Part shown: positions 53,443 to 64,000 of the stretch, one piece after another | Layout of the letters: each line of letters opens with the position of its first letter | Position numbering within the stretch: position 1 is the stretch's first letter | Source: Opitutia bacterium | GTDB taxonomy: Bacteria > Verrucomicrobiota > Verrucomicrobiia > Opitutales > Opitutaceae | Assembly (NCBI GenBank): GCA_947453695.1 | Contig: CANGHW010000005.1 | Coordinates: 43,091-107,090, forward strand | DNA length: 64,000 bases | Direction of reading: 5' to 3' | Position numbers and translations under genes: made by a program | The notes under the pieces: model-generated | Told to the model about the DNA's origin: nothing | Databases searched by the model: none | The model's input: only the letters and a program-made list of their open reading frames with translations

Positions 53443-54372
53443 TTAGTTTCGAGAGGTGCCGCGGCGTGACGGAGTTTTCTCCGTCGCGCGCTGCACCGGC
53501 ACGAGAAAGTCGAACTCACAGTCGTCGCCGCCATCGCGGTAGCGTTCGTCCGACCGATCAAAGTTCGGCCCGCCGGTGTGGACGTAGTCTGACCGTGGCA
53601 GCCAAGTCCCGAAGGCGTAATTGATCGTCTCTTCTAGGCGGGCAACCGGGCCGCGGTGCACAAAGAGGGCGTAGGTCGAGGCTGGGATCGACCAGAGTTC
53701 CGTGCCGGCGGGCGAGGGAGTTTTCGCGGGCACATTAATGCCGATGAGATATTCCAGTTCGTCGGGATGTTTGCGCGTGGACTCCGCCGGGCAGCGGCAG
53801 GCGCCGTAAAGGTATTTGTCCCGCGGCTCGGGCAGGCGGGCACTCGTCGCGTGGAAGCGATGGTAGAGCGGCGGAATGACGGCGAGGTTGTTCGCGTCAG
53901 GCGACATAGGGCCGATGAAGCGGGCCGTGAGGCCGAGCAAATGGAGCGCGGGCAGATCGATGATTTGCGGGGTCATGGAGGTTTGGGCGGGAAGACGGTG
54001 GAGGCGGGGCGGGGTGAGGGCCGGGCGGGTGTGCAGCCATGCGAGACTACTGGTGCGCCGGAAGGCCAGTGGGGTGGTGCGAAAGGCGGATTTGAAGGCG
54101 CGTGAAAATGCCTCGTGAGACTCGAATTGGTAGTCGAGGGCGATATCGAGGATCCGGCGCTTCGTCTGCGCGAGGTCGGTGGCCGCAGCCGTGAGGCGGC
54201 GACGCCGGAGATAGCCGCCAAGCGATTCGCCGGTGTGCTCGGCAAAGATGCGGTGAAAGTGCCAGAGCGAGAAGCCCGCGTGGCGGGCGAGGGCGTCGAG
54301 CGAGAGCGGCTGGCGCAGGCTGCTTTCGATCTGCTCCAGCGCACGGAGGACGGCTTGGCGGTAGTGGCTCAT
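53443..54372 (-). CDS. AraC family regulator with GyrI-like effector domain
   Basis: FSLWHFHRIF..YLRRRRL..IALDYQFESHEAFSRAFK; C-terminal YALFVHRGP..WLPRSDY. Confidence 0.92.
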   Translation of the reverse strand: MSHYRQAVLRALEQIESSLRQPLSLDALARHAGFSLWHFHRIFAEHTGESLGGYLRRRRLTAAATDLAQTKRRILDIALDYQFESHEAFSRAFKSAFRTTPLAFRRTSSLAWLHTRPALTPPRLHRLPAQTSMTPQIIDLPALHLLGLTARFIGPMSPDANNLAVIPPLYHRFHATSARLPEPRDKYLYGACRCPAESTRKHPDELEYLIGINVPAKTPSPAGTELWSIPASTYALFVHRGPVARLEETINYAFGTWLPRSDYVHTGGPNFDRSDERYRDGGDDCEFDFLVPVQRATEKTPSRRGTSRN

Positions 54373-54454
54373 CGGTGGGATAGTCGAAAGCTTACCAGCA
54401 GGTGAGGCCCGGCCACTTGACGGTTTGTGCGAATCGCGCACTGCGCGAGTTCGC

Positions 54455-55237
54455 CTACGCTTTCCGGGCAACCCAAAACCGGCACTCGTCGGAGAAGTTC
54501 AGCACGTCGCGTGACTCCTGGGCGATTTTGGTGCGCATGGCATCGAACTCGTGCGTCCACCCGGTCGCGGCGAGATCGGCGAGGATTTCCTCGCGATTCG
54601 GCAGGTGCATGAACGTGCGGCCGGCCTCGTCTTCGAAGTAGCGGTCGCCGAAATCGACGAGGCGCGGGTCCTGTTCCCCGCGCGTCCAACGGATGGTCTC
54701 GAGGCGCCAGAGCGCGCGCTCGGTGGGGGAGGAGTCGCGATCGTGGGTGGTGAAGAGCAGGGGTGCGCCCGGGGCACAGGCGCGGTGGAGCTCGCGGAGC
54801 GCGGCGCGACGGTGGGCGTGGCCGGGGATCTGCATCAGGCCGTTGAACATGAAGAGTGCGCCGGCGAACTGGCGGTCGGCAAAGGCGGAGACAGTGCTCA
54901 GCACGGTGGCATCGGCGTGGTGAAACGCGATCGCCGTGGGACCGGCGTCAGCCCCGCGTTCGGCGGCGAGGCTGCGGGCCTGGTCGACGAGCTCCTCGGC
55001 GAAATCGAAGGCCGTGAGGTGGTGGTAGCCCAGCGACCAGAGGCCGAGCGTGACGCGCCCGGCCCCGCAGCCCGCCTCGAGGAGGGAGGCGGACTTGTCC
55101 GGGAAGAAACGCTCGATGAGCGCGCGCTCCGAGGCCCAGAGGCCGAGCTCATGCGCGGCGCGCGTGTAGTGGACGACAGCCGAGAGGTCGTTGAAGTCGG
55201 CGCGGACCGTTTCGGACGTTATTTTTTGCGGGTCCAC
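54455..55237 (-). CDS. Class I SAM-dependent methyltransferase
   Basis: LLEAGCGAGR, FDFAEELV, ADAT; probable GTG start at 55237, overlapping the upstream gene. Confidence 0.8.
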   Translation of the reverse strand: MDPQKITSETVRADFNDLSAVVHYTRAAHELGLWASERALIERFFPDKSASLLEAGCGAGRVTLGLWSLGYHHLTAFDFAEELVDQARSLAAERGADAGPTAIAFHHADATVLSTVSAFADRQFAGALFMFNGLMQIPGHAHRRAALRELHRACAPGAPLLFTTHDRDSSPTERALWRLETIRWTRGEQDPRLVDFGDRYFEDEAGRTFMHLPNREEILADLAATGWTHEFDAMRTKIAQESRDVLNFSDECRFWVARKA

Positions 55238-56358
55238 GCGGCGATGAACATGCCGTTGGCGTTGATCTCGTGGGGCCAGAGAAAGAGCTGCGAGCTGGGA
55301 GCGGTGGGCTGCGTGCTCGAACTCGTGGCCAAAGGAAGCGGGAGTGGCTCCAGCTCGGGATGGGCCGCGCCGAAGGTGTTGGCGACGGCCGTCGTCTCGC
55401 TCCGCGTGAGCGTGCAGACGGAGTAGATCAGGCGACCGCCGGGTTTGAGGGAGCCGGCGACTTGGTTGAGCAGCGAGAGTTGGGTCGCGGCGAGTTCGCT
55501 GACATCCTCGGGCGTGGTGGTCCAACGGGCGTGCGGGTTGCGCTGCCAGGTGCCGACGCCGCTGCACGGCGCATCGACGAGGATGCCGTCGAACTTGGTT
55601 TTGGTGGGGAGGCTGGCCGAGCCATCCCAGAGCGCGGTGCGGTAGTTGAAAAGTTTGGCGCGGCCGGCGCGGCGTTTGAGGGTTTCGAGGCGGCCGGAGT
55701 GGCGGTCGGTGGCCCAGACGGTGCCCTTGTTGGCCATCAGATCGGCGAGGTGGAGCGTTTTGCCGCCTTCGCCGGCGCAGGTGTCCCACCACGTCTCGCC
55801 GGGCTTGGGCGCGCACGCGAGACCGACGAACTGAGAGGCGAGATCCTGAATCTCAAATTCGCCGAGTTTGAATTGCTCGGTTTTGAAAAGGTCCTGTTTG
55901 CCGGTGAAGCGCAGGGCGTCGGGCACGAGCTGGCTGAACTCGCAGGCGAAGAGGGAACGGCCGAGGACGGCGGAGGTGCCGGGGCGGGCGCGGAGCCAGA
56001 GGGAGGGATCGCGCTGGAGCTGGCGCAGGTAGTCGGGCGGGAGATCCATCTCGGACGCGAGCCACTTGGGCACGGCGAGGGCCGCGAGGGCCTCAACCTT
56101 CACGGACTTGGGATTGGCGAGGAAGCGCTCGTGCAAAATCGCCGCGTGCTCGATGCGTTTTTGCAGCGAAGACTTTTCGTCGAGCCACGAGAGCCAGCGG
56201 AAGTAGAGGAAGACCGCGTGGCTGATCTCACGCTTCTCGCGGGCGCCGATGTAGCGGTGCGCTTCGAAGTAAAAGCGTAGGGCGACGTCGGCGCGGCGGT
56301 CGGCGGAGATGGAGCCGATGATGCGGGCGGCGTGGTTGAGCGTGGTCTGGTCGGGCAT
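55219..56358 (-). CDS. RsmB/NOP (Sun-like) RNA m5C methyltransferase
   Basis: EIQDLASQ, DTCAGEGGKT, VDAPCSGVG, YSVCT, NGMFIA. Confidence 0.9.
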   Translation of the reverse strand: MPDQTTLNHAARIIGSISADRRADVALRFYFEAHRYIGAREKREISHAVFLYFRWLSWLDEKSSLQKRIEHAAILHERFLANPKSVKVEALAALAVPKWLASEMDLPPDYLRQLQRDPSLWLRARPGTSAVLGRSLFACEFSQLVPDALRFTGKQDLFKTEQFKLGEFEIQDLASQFVGLACAPKPGETWWDTCAGEGGKTLHLADLMANKGTVWATDRHSGRLETLKRRAGRAKLFNYRTALWDGSASLPTKTKFDGILVDAPCSGVGTWQRNPHARWTTTPEDVSELAATQLSLLNQVAGSLKPGGRLIYSVCTLTRSETTAVANTFGAAHPELEPLPLPLATSSSTQPTAPSSQLFLWPHEINANGMFIAAWTRKK

Positions 56359-56447
56359 TTGTCACCACGAGACACACGAAAGCCGACCAAAGGGGAAGCT
56401 GGTAATCGGTGCAGCGTGCCGGCGATGGTGCGGATGGCGAGTGAACA

Positions 56448-56468
56448 GCGGTCATAGACCGCCGCTAC
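56448..56468. repeat. GTAG-type REP-like palindrome (variant)
   Basis: GCGGTC-ATA-GACCGC-CG-CTAC. Confidence 0.55.
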
Positions 56469-56520
56469 AGCAGAAGGCGTGAGGGACAGGAGAAGGCGGT
56501 TGGACTGCGCGCGAGTGGCG

Positions 56521-59500
56521 CTATTTCTTCTTCGACCAGCGGCGGTCCTGCTTCAGCTCCAAGTGTCGAGTTTCGATTTGCACGCCGGCGACGGCCGGGT
56601 GGGAGCGGAGTTGCTGGAAACTACCGGCGTTGACCTTCCAGGTGAGAGCATTGCTCGCTTCCGCAATGGAGGTGACGCGGTCCTCGAAGACGAAGCCGAG
56701 CTCCACGCGGGTGTCACCGGTTTGCTTGTTTAGGGTTTCGCGCAGGAGGCGCAGGAAGGCGGGGAGCTCGCGGTGCGTGGGGTGGAGGAGCCAAAGGACT
56801 TTTTTGACGATGCCGGCGATCTGGGTGTCGAGCGGATAGCACTCTTTCACGTTCACGCGCGCGCCCTCGTGATTGACGATGATGTTGCCAGCGACGAGCA
56901 CGAGGGCGTTTTCCCCGAGGGCGGTGCCGTAGTTGGCATAGCCATCGGCAAACATGTTGAGCGGGAGGGCGGCTTGCTTCGTCGCGAGAGTAAACGAGGC
57001 CCAAGGGCGGTTGTCCTTTTTCGAGAGACGTTTCGCGATGCTGCCGGCGATGCCGCAGAGGCGGAATTCGGTGCGGTCGACCTGATTTAGGAGCTCGGTG
57101 ACGGGGTAGGTGTTGATGGCGTCGATCAGACCTTCGTAAGCGTTGAGCGGATGGCCGGAGACATAGAAGCCGAGGAGCTCTTTTTCGAATTGGAGGATAT
57201 TGGCGGCGGTGAGCTTCCGTTCAACGGCGGCCGTGGCAGCGGCTTTGCCCTTGGCGGCGGCGCGCGGCGATTCACCGAGGTCGAGGCCGCCGTGGTCATC
57301 GGCGCGGGGCGCGGCCGCGGCGACGGGTGCGGTGGTCGGGGCGCGGCGGGTGTGGCGCAGGAGCTCGTTAAACTCTTTCGCGAGTTGCTCGCGCGGCGGG
57401 AGGGGCTGCGCGGCCGAGGTGGAGCCGAGATCGAAGAGCATGGTGTCGGCCGGCTCTTCCACTTTGGCGACGACGGCGTCTTTGCGCAGGGCAGGATAGG
57501 TGCGCTGGAGCTCGCCGAGGGCGGAGATGGCGTCGTCGATCTGCGCGAAGAGCTGTTCGCGTCCGGCGCCGCTGAAATCGAAGCCGCCGGTGGCGACGAG
57601 ATTCTCGAGGACGCGCTTGTTGATGGCGCGCGGGTCGGCGCGGATGAGGAAATCGGTGTAGTCGCGGTAGGGGCCATTGGCCTCGCGCTCGGCGAGGATC
57701 TTTTGCGCGGCCTGTTCGCCGACGCCCTTGATGCCGGCGAGACCGAAACGGATTTTGTCGCCAACGGGAGTGAAGGTCCCGCGGGACTCGTTTACATCGG
57801 GACCGAGGACGACGATTCCCATGGCTTCGGCTTCGGCGATGAAGTGCGAGACCTTTTCCGAGTTGCCGAGTTCGGCGGTGAGCACGGCGGCCATGAACTG
57901 CACCGGGTAGTTGGCCTTGAGGTAGCCGGTCTGGTAGCTGATGAGCGCGTAGGCAGCCGAGTGGGATTTGTTGAAGCCGTAGCTCGCGAACTTGTTCAGC
58001 AAATCGAAGATCTCGTTGGCCTTCTTTTCGTCGATGTTGTTCACGCGCTTGGCGCCGGCGACGAATTTGACGCGCTCCTCGGCCATCGCCTTTTCGTCCT
58101 TCTTACCCATGGCGCGGCGGAGCATGTCGGCGCCGCCGAGGGAGTAGCCGGCGATGATCTTCGCGCACTCCATGACCTGCTCCTGATAGACGATGATGCC
58201 GTAGGTCTCCTTGAGGGATTGTTCGAGGAGCGGGTGCGGATACTCGACGGTCGACGGGTCTTTCTTGCCGCGTGCGTAATCGGGGATGAAGGCCATCGGG
58301 CCCGGGCGGTAGAGCGCGCCGATGGCGTTGATGTCGTCGATATTGGAGACGCCGACTTGTTTACAGGCGCTCTGCATGCCGGAGGACTCGAGCTGGAACA
58401 CGCCGATGGTCTTGCCGGCGTTGAGGATCGAGTAGGTCTTCGGGTCGTCGAGCGGGAGGGTCTCGATGTCAAATTTCGGGTCGGCCGTGAGGCGGACGTT
58501 GTCCACGGCATCGGAGATGACGGTGAGCGTCTTGAGGCCGAGGAAGTCCATCTTCAGCAGGCCGAGTTTGCCCACTGCGTTCATGTCGTATTGGACGGTG
58601 ACGTCGCCTTCCTGCTCGGTGAGCGGGACGAATTCATCGAGCGGCTTGTCCGTGATGATGATGCCGGCGGCGTGTTTGCCCGTGTTGCGCACCATGCCCT
58701 CAAGGACGAGGGCCTGGTCGACAATGCGCTTGGCGACCGGATTGCGGGAGACCTCGCTGTTGAGTTCGGCGGACTTGGTGATCGCGTCGGTGAGCGTGAT
58801 GTTGAGCTCGTCGGGGATCATCTTCGCGAGGCGGTCGGCCTCGGCGTAGGGGAGATTGTGGACGCGCGAGACGTCGCGGATGACCATCTTCGCACCGAGC
58901 GTGCCGTAGGTGATGATGTTGGCTACGCAGTCGCGGCCGTATTTCTCGCGCACGTAGTTGATGACCTCTTCGCGCCGGCGCATGCAGAAATCGATATCGA
59001 AGTCGGGCGGCGAGACGCGCTCGGGGTTCAGGAAGCGCTCGAAGAGGAGTTTGAAACGGATCGGGTCGAGGTTGGTGATCCCGAGGAGATAGGCGACGAG
59101 GCAACCGGCGCCGGAGCCACGGCCGGGGCCGACGGGGACGCCGTTTTTCTTGGCCCACGCGATGAAATCCCAGACGACGAGGAAGTAGTCGACGAAGCCG
59201 GTGATGTTGATGATCGCCAGCTCGAAGCCCATGCGGGCGGCGAGTTCCTCTTCGAGCACGAGGCCGTTGTAGTCGGGCGCGGAGGGTTTCTGGCCGGGCG
59301 GGAGATTGGTGAGCTTGGAGAGGCGCTCGATCACGGCGGGGCGCTGCGTGATGACGCTGTAGTCGAAGCCGTAACGCTGCTTGAGACCCTCGACACAGAG
59401 CTGGTGGAGATAGGCCGCGGGCGAGTATTGCGTCTTGATCTCGGGCGGGAGCGGGTAGCGGGGATAGCGCTCTGAGCCCTTGGGGAACGGGATCGCGAGG

Positions 59501-60339
59501 TCGCACATCTCGGCGACGAGCTGGGTGTTGGTGACGGACTCGGGCACCTCGGCGAAGAGCTTCGCCATCTCATCGCGCGATTTCAGGTAGAACTCCTGGC
59601 CGGAGAACTTCATGCGCTTCTCTTCATCGATCTTCGCGCCGGTCTGGATGCAGAGCATGGCGTCGTGCGGGCCGGAGTCGGTCTTTTTGACGTAGTGCAC
59701 GTCGTTCGTCGCGATGACCTTCAGGTCGAATTCCTCGGCTAGTTTCAGGAGACCGGGGATAATCTTGATCTGCTCGGGGATGCCGTGGTCCTGGATTTCG
59801 ACGAAGTAGTTTTCTTTACCGAAGATCTCGACGAAGCGCGCGCAGGCCTTGCGGGCTTCATCCTCGCGGTCGTGGAGGAGGTGCTGCGGGACGAGGGAGG
59901 CGAGGCAGCCGGTGAAGCCGATGAGACCGTTGGCGTATTTGGCGAGCGTCTCGATGTCGGTGCGGGGCTTGTAATAGAAGCCGCGGAGATGGGCGTCGGA
60001 GACGAGTTTGAGGAGATTTTGGTAGCCGGTGAGATTCTTGGCGAGGAGTCCGAGGTGGAACATCGTTTTGCCGTCCTCGTCCGAGCGCCCGTGCTTTTCG
60101 AGGCGCGAGGATTGGACGAGGTAGAGCTCGCAGCCGATGAGAGGCTTGATCTCGGCCTTCTTGGCTTGGTTGTAGAACTCGATGGCGCCGTAGAGATTGC
60201 CGTGGTCGGTGAGGGCGATGGCCTTCATGCCGAGCTCCTTGGCCCGGCCCATCAACCGGTCGATGCGGCAGGCGCCGTCGAGCAGACTGTAGTCGGTATG
60301 AACGTGGAGGTGGACGAAGTTTTGATCGGCGGACGACAC
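56521..60339 (-). CDS. dnaE: DNA polymerase III alpha subunit
   Basis: PHP domain [76 protein letters not shown] start. Confidence 0.98.
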   Translation of the reverse strand: MSSADQNFVHLHVHTDYSLLDGACRIDRLMGRAKELGMKAIALTDHGNLYGAIEFYNQAKKAEIKPLIGCELYLVQSSRLEKHGRSDEDGKTMFHLGLLAKNLTGYQNLLKLVSDAHLRGFYYKPRTDIETLAKYANGLIGFTGCLASLVPQHLLHDREDEARKACARFVEIFGKENYFVEIQDHGIPEQIKIIPGLLKLAEEFDLKVIATNDVHYVKKTDSGPHDAMLCIQTGAKIDEEKRMKFSGQEFYLKSRDEMAKLFAEVPESVTNTQLVAEMCDLAIPFPKGSERYPRYPLPPEIKTQYSPAAYLHQLCVEGLKQRYGFDYSVITQRPAVIERLSKLTNLPPGQKPSAPDYNGLVLEEELAARMGFELAIINITGFVDYFLVVWDFIAWAKKNGVPVGPGRGSGAGCLVAYLLGITNLDPIRFKLLFERFLNPERVSPPDFDIDFCMRRREEVINYVREKYGRDCVANIITYGTLGAKMVIRDVSRVHNLPYAEADRLAKMIPDELNITLTDAITKSAELNSEVSRNPVAKRIVDQALVLEGMVRNTGKHAAGIIITDKPLDEFVPLTEQEGDVTVQYDMNAVGKLGLLKMDFLGLKTLTVISDAVDNVRLTADPKFDIETLPLDDPKTYSILNAGKTIGVFQLESSGMQSACKQVGVSNIDDINAIGALYRPGPMAFIPDYARGKKDPSTVEYPHPLLEQSLKETYGIIVYQEQVMECAKIIAGYSLGGADMLRRAMGKKDEKAMAEERVKFVAGAKRVNNIDEKKANEIFDLLNKFASYGFNKSHSAAYALISYQTGYLKANYPVQFMAAVLTAELGNSEKVSHFIAEAEAMGIVVLGPDVNESRGTFTPVGDKIRFGLAGIKGVGEQAAQKILAEREANGPYRDYTDFLIRADPRAINKRVLENLVATGGFDFSGAGREQLFAQIDDAISALGELQRTYPALRKDAVVAKVEEPADTMLFDLGSTSAAQPLPPREQLAKEFNELLRHTRRAPTTAPVAAAAPRADDHGGLDLGESPRAAAKGKAAATAAVERKLTAANILQFEKELLGFYVSGHPLNAYEGLIDAINTYPVTELLNQVDRTEFRLCGIAGSIAKRLSKKDNRPWASFTLATKQAALPLNMFADGYANYGTALGENALVLVAGNIIVNHEGARVNVKECYPLDTQIAGIVKKVLWLLHPTHRELPAFLRLLRETLNKQTGDTRVELGFVFEDRVTSIAEASNALTWKVNAGSFQQLRSHPAVAGVQIETRHLELKQDRRWSKKK

Positions 60340-60457
60340 AGTAGGCCCTAAGCAACGTCTTCACCGGGCCGGCGCAAGGAGGGAAAAAAGCCATTGACGC
60401 GCGCCGCGCGGCTTGGCCTATTCGTCAGCTTTTCCTTTCACCAACACGTCCGTTCCC

Positions 60458-60655
60458 ATGTCCATCGAAATCAAAATCCGCAAAAACGAGCCGATCGACC
60501 GCGCCCTGCGTCGCATGAAGAAGAAGCTCGATCGCGAGAACATCATCAAGGGCACTCGCGCCAAGCGTTACTACGAGAAGCCCTGCGAAAAGCGCCGCCG
60601 TAAGGACAAGGTGCAGGCATTCACCCAGATGCTCCGCCGCCGTTACGCGGAGTAA
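60458..60655 (+). CDS. rpsU: 30S ribosomal protein S21
   Basis: IKIRKNEPIDRALRRMKKK..RYYEKP. Confidence 0.95.
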   Translation: MSIEIKIRKNEPIDRALRRMKKKLDRENIIKGTRAKRYYEKPCEKRRRKDKVQAFTQMLRRRYAE

Positions 60656-60692
60656 GCTCCGAGCGTGGCCCCTCTAGGCCGCGTATCAATTT

Positions 60693-60729
60693 GCCGCGCT
60701 ACCTTTTATTAGGTAGCGCGGTTTTTTTT
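60693..60729 (+). terminator. Rho-independent terminator after rpsU
   Basis: CCGCGCTACCT-TTTATT-AGGTAGCGCGG followed by T8. Confidence 0.9.
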
Positions 60730-60791
60730 ATTACGTAGTTTTTTCCCGTGCAACTCGCTTACGTTGTGCATCGTCATTTGGTTACAACTGC

Positions 60792-61733
60792 GTGAAGCCA
60801 ATTCTCTCCCTCTCAACGAGCTGGTGCTCCCATCGTCATCAGGACGGCTATGCGATGCTCAAGGAAATGGCGGCGCTCGGCTATGAGTATGTAGAGTTGA
60901 GCCACGGCATTCGGATTACCTTGGTGCCGGGCATTATGCGGGGAGTGGATGAGGGGATCGTGAAAGTCTCGTCGACCCATAATTTCTGTCCCTTGCCCAC
61001 GGGCGTGGTGCAGGCGGCGCCCAATTTGTTTGAGCCCTCGGCGCGGGAGCACCGGGAACACGATCAGTGGCTGCGCCACACGAAGCGTTCGATCGATTTT
61101 GCCGCGCAAGTGAAGGCCAAGGTCCTCGTCTGTCACCTGGGTAGCGTGGCGTTTTTTTGGTTCAACCCGGCGCGAACCATCAAGGACTACCTGCGGGACC
61201 ACCACGACGCGGGGCGCACGCCGGAAGATAAAACCTATCACGCCCTGCTCGCCAAATGCATGGTGCGCCTCCGGAAACGCATGCCTCCCTTCTGGGAGCA
61301 GGTGAAGACGAGCGTCGCGGAGATTTTCGACTACGCGACCCAGAAGGGCATCAAGCTTGGCTTCGAGAACCGCGAGAAGTTTGAAGAGCTCCCGGTCGAT
61401 GCCGATTACGCCGAGTTCATCGCCGGTCTGCCGGCCAACGCCCCGGCGGGTTACTGGCACGATACCGGTCATGCCGACATCAAAGAGGGCATGGGCCTCC
61501 TTAATCACCGCCAGCATCTGGTCAAAAACGCCCCGCGGCTCCTCGGCTTTCACCTGCACGATGTGAATGCGCAGGGCAGCGATCACCAACCGATCGGCGC
61601 CGGCCACATTGATTTCAAGATGGTCAGTGAATTTTGGCGCCCGGAACACCTGCTGACCCTGGAGCTGAGCCCGCGAATTTCGGTCGACGATGTGAAGGCC
61701 TCCAAGATCCGCGTCGAAGCGCTGATGCGCTGA
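60792..61733 (+). CDS. Sugar phosphate isomerase/epimerase (AP endonuclease 2 TIM-barrel) family protein
   Basis: VELSHG, STHNFCP, VCHLG, GFENRE, WHDTGHA, FHLHD..DH; GTG start. Confidence 0.85.
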   Translation: MKPILSLSTSWCSHRHQDGYAMLKEMAALGYEYVELSHGIRITLVPGIMRGVDEGIVKVSSTHNFCPLPTGVVQAAPNLFEPSAREHREHDQWLRHTKRSIDFAAQVKAKVLVCHLGSVAFFWFNPARTIKDYLRDHHDAGRTPEDKTYHALLAKCMVRLRKRMPPFWEQVKTSVAEIFDYATQKGIKLGFENREKFEELPVDADYAEFIAGLPANAPAGYWHDTGHADIKEGMGLLNHRQHLVKNAPRLLGFHLHDVNAQGSDHQPIGAGHIDFKMVSEFWRPEHLLTLELSPRISVDDVKASKIRVEALMR

Positions 61734-61773
61734 GGCGGTGAAGCAGACCAGGGCTCCGTCTTGGCGGAGCCCG

Positions 61774-62817
61774 TCAGGCGTCGCGCGCGAGGATCTCCGC
61801 CACCCAGCGCCGGTGGGGACCGGACAGCGTGATGGTCTCAAGCTGGTTGAGGGGGACCCACACCAACTCCGGCGGCAGTTTGCCCCGCGGCGCGAGCGTG
61901 GCGTAGATGGATTCGGTGATTTGAAAACGGGTGATGCCGCGGCGCTTCTTCGCCAGCAAGCGGCCCGGGTTCGCCACGTCGGTCGCGAGGCCGGCTTGCT
62001 CGACCGTCGGGAGTTCATGGATGTCGGCGAGGCGGCGGGCTCCGGCGGCGGAGCGGTGCAGCAGGAGACGGTCATCTTTGATGCACCAAACCCGGTTCAC
62101 GGACCGTTGCTCGATTTGCTTGGGGGCGAGGCGAGGGAAGGACTCGGGCTCACCCTGGGTAGCCGCGGCGCAATACGCGCGCACCGGGCACGTCAGGCAG
62201 AGTGGTTTCTGGCGGAAGCACACCGTCGCGCCCAGCTCCATCATGGCTTGATTGTGATTGCCCGGCTCATCCCGGGTTAAGAGCGCTTCGGCGAGCGGCG
62301 TGAAAACCTTGGAGGCCGTGGCGCTGTCGCGAAACTCCGTCGCATCCGCGGTGAGCCGGGCGAGGATGCGCACGACATTGCCGTCCACGCAGGCCGCCGG
62401 GGTGCCAAAGGAAATACTCGTGATCGCCGCGGACGTATATGGGCCCACACCCGGCAGCTCCCGCCAGGCCTCGGCCGAGCGGCGCATTTCCGGCCAGGTG
62501 ACGACCTGTTGGGCCAGGCGGTGGAGATTGCGCGCCCGGGAGTAGTAGCCGAGGCCCTCCCAGAGCTTCAGCACGCGGGCTTCCGGTGCCTTGGCCAGCG
62601 CGGCGAAATCCGGTAGCTCGACCAGCCAGCGGGCGAGGTAGGGCAGGACCGTCTTTACCTGCGTCTGCTGCAGCATGAACTCACTGACCACGGTCTGGTA
62701 AAGTGACGGGTGCTCGCGCCAGGGCAGTTTCCGGGCATGCACGTGATACCACGCAAGCAGGGCGCGTTGAAATTCAGACCGGGCCGCGATGAGTTGGGCG
62801 GAAGCAGATTTGGGCAC
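61774..62817 (-). CDS. mutY: A/G-specific adenine glycosylase
   Basis: RKLPWR, VSEFMLQQTQV, WEGLGYYSRARNL, LPGVGPYT, VDGNV, NQAMMELGATVC..CLTCPV..C Fe-S motif. Confidence 0.95.
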   Translation of the reverse strand: MPKSASAQLIAARSEFQRALLAWYHVHARKLPWREHPSLYQTVVSEFMLQQTQVKTVLPYLARWLVELPDFAALAKAPEARVLKLWEGLGYYSRARNLHRLAQQVVTWPEMRRSAEAWRELPGVGPYTSAAITSISFGTPAACVDGNVVRILARLTADATEFRDSATASKVFTPLAEALLTRDEPGNHNQAMMELGATVCFRQKPLCLTCPVRAYCAAATQGEPESFPRLAPKQIEQRSVNRVWCIKDDRLLLHRSAAGARRLADIHELPTVEQAGLATDVANPGRLLAKKRRGITRFQITESIYATLAPRGKLPPELVWVPLNQLETITLSGPHRRWVAEILARDA

Positions 62818-62910
62818 GTGGAAGCAGCAGGAGACACAAAAACGGCCGAAGCTAAAGTCTCCGCTGGAATTTTCGTGTGTTGGGGCGGCGTTTTATGGCC
62901 ATCTAGGTCC

Positions 62911-63918
62911 ATGCCAAAGAAGTTCAACGACGAGCCGGAAGCACCCAAGAAGCTCGCCTCCTACACCGCGAAGCTCGACGACGCGCAGATGGAGAAGCTG
63001 CGGGCGATCTGCGTCGAACGCGGGTGGACGCCCTTCGAGGTCGCCTACACGCGCTTTGCGTTCAAAGCCGACCACCTGAAGGTCAACGTCTCGGCTTACA
63101 CGAGCGGCAAGGCCGTGATCGCGGGCAAAGGCACGGAGGATTTCGTGCGCGACACCTTGGAGCCGGAAGTCATCGGCGCCGCGACCCTGGGCTACGACGA
63201 AGTGTTGCACCCCGACTGGTTTGAATCGCACGCCGGGCTGGATGAGAGCGGCAAAGGCGATTTCTTCGGCCCGGTGATTGCCGCCACGGTGATCGCGGAC
63301 AAGTCCGCCATCGAGGCCTGGCGTCAGGCCGGCGTGCAGGACTCCAAGAAGATCGCGGAGGCCAAGATCCTCCAACTCGACAAACTCATCCGGGAAACGA
63401 AAGGGGCGGCCGTGCGCACCTGTTTCTGCGGCATGCCGAAATACAACGACCTGATGTCCCGCCCCGGGGCGAATCTGAATCGCCTGCTCGCCTGGCAGCA
63501 CGCCACGGCGCTGGAGCAGGCGCTGGTGGCCAAGCCGGTGCCGTGGGGACTGCTCGACCAGTTTACCGAGCAGCCGCTCGTGCAGCGGGAACTCGCCAAG
63601 AAAGGCGTAAAAGACTTCGAGTTGAAGATGCGCACGAAGGCCGAGTCCGACCCGGTGGTCGCCGCCGCCTCGGTGGTGGCCCGCGCGGAGTTTGTGCGGC
63701 AGATGAATCTACTCTCGAAGAAGTTTGGGGCCAAGCTGCAGAAAGGCGCGGGACCGCTCGTCAAAGAGCAGGCACACCAGATCATTCAGCAGTTTGGCGC
63801 GCGGGCGCTCGGGGAGTTTGCGAAGCTCCACTTCCGCACCGCCTACGAAGTCGTGTCCGCCGCGGGGAAGCTCGACGAGCTGCCTTTGCCGGAGCCTCGG
63901 GAAAAAATGGAGTGGTGA
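62911..63918 (+). CDS. rnhC: Ribonuclease HIII
   Basis: N-terminal TBP-like domain (VSAYTSGKAVIAGKG); GLDESGKGDFFGP, GVQDSKK, LLDQF, KAESD..VAAASVVAR, AKLHFRT. Confidence 0.92.
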   Translation: MPKKFNDEPEAPKKLASYTAKLDDAQMEKLRAICVERGWTPFEVAYTRFAFKADHLKVNVSAYTSGKAVIAGKGTEDFVRDTLEPEVIGAATLGYDEVLHPDWFESHAGLDESGKGDFFGPVIAATVIADKSAIEAWRQAGVQDSKKIAEAKILQLDKLIRETKGAAVRTCFCGMPKYNDLMSRPGANLNRLLAWQHATALEQALVAKPVPWGLLDQFTEQPLVQRELAKKGVKDFELKMRTKAESDPVVAAASVVARAEFVRQMNLLSKKFGAKLQKGAGPLVKEQAHQIIQQFGARALGEFAKLHFRTAYEVVSAAGKLDELPLPEPREKMEW

Positions 63919-64000
63919 GTCCGTTGCCGGTGGCACGGCAATGGGTCTCCAGCATCCCGGCGCCACCCGACCTCGTCACCACCCTACCTTGAGGGGCTCT

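Noticed and set aside
57200..59400. Intein in dnaE
   Set aside because: The inserts lack C/S-start and HN-C/S/T-end splicing motifs and any endonuclease motif.
57151..59475. Long antisense ORFs (also 17576-19888 +, 38676-40493 -, 15343-16734 +, 3074-4321 +)
   Set aside because: These are shadow frames of well-supported genes, expected with high GC3 codon bias.
60394..60425. Sigma-70 promoter for rpsU (TTGACG)
   Set aside because: The -35 is good but there is no convincing -10 at 16-18 nt spacing.

Overview
GC-rich bacterial chromosome segment, most likely from an Opitutaceae (Verrucomicrobiota) genome. This is inferred from the TonB-receptor style, DUF1552/DUF1592 pairs, DUF5069, RNase HIII and mostly SD-less pyrimidine-rich 5' UTRs. 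It holds about 54 genes. Housekeeping genes include thrS, cysS, lysS, dnaE, rpsU, hemA, hemB, lipA, lipB, lolCDE-like, lpxB, mqo, amn, mutY and rnhC. Other content: pectin/sugar-related secreted proteins, two DUF1552/DUF1592 cassettes, a lower-GC patch of orphan immunity-type genes (DUF6348, YfbM, SUFU), a large CHASE-PAS hybrid kinase and a GDSL autotransporter. I saw no rRNA, tRNA, CRISPR array or transposase. The top finding is absent from the ORF track: a 25-codon leader peptide (MSCSATCFCLPTRLPETTRTTGCGC; 5 Cys + 6 Thr) with its own SD and competing hairpins, directly upstream of the cysS-thrS operon. It is a candidate dual Cys/Thr-sensing ribosome attenuator. Also notable are a MamK-like actin with a small partner gene outside any magnetosome context, covarying REP-like palindromes, a family of short-period intergenic motifs and a 13x21-bp array. 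All family assignments come from motif recognition, not database searches.
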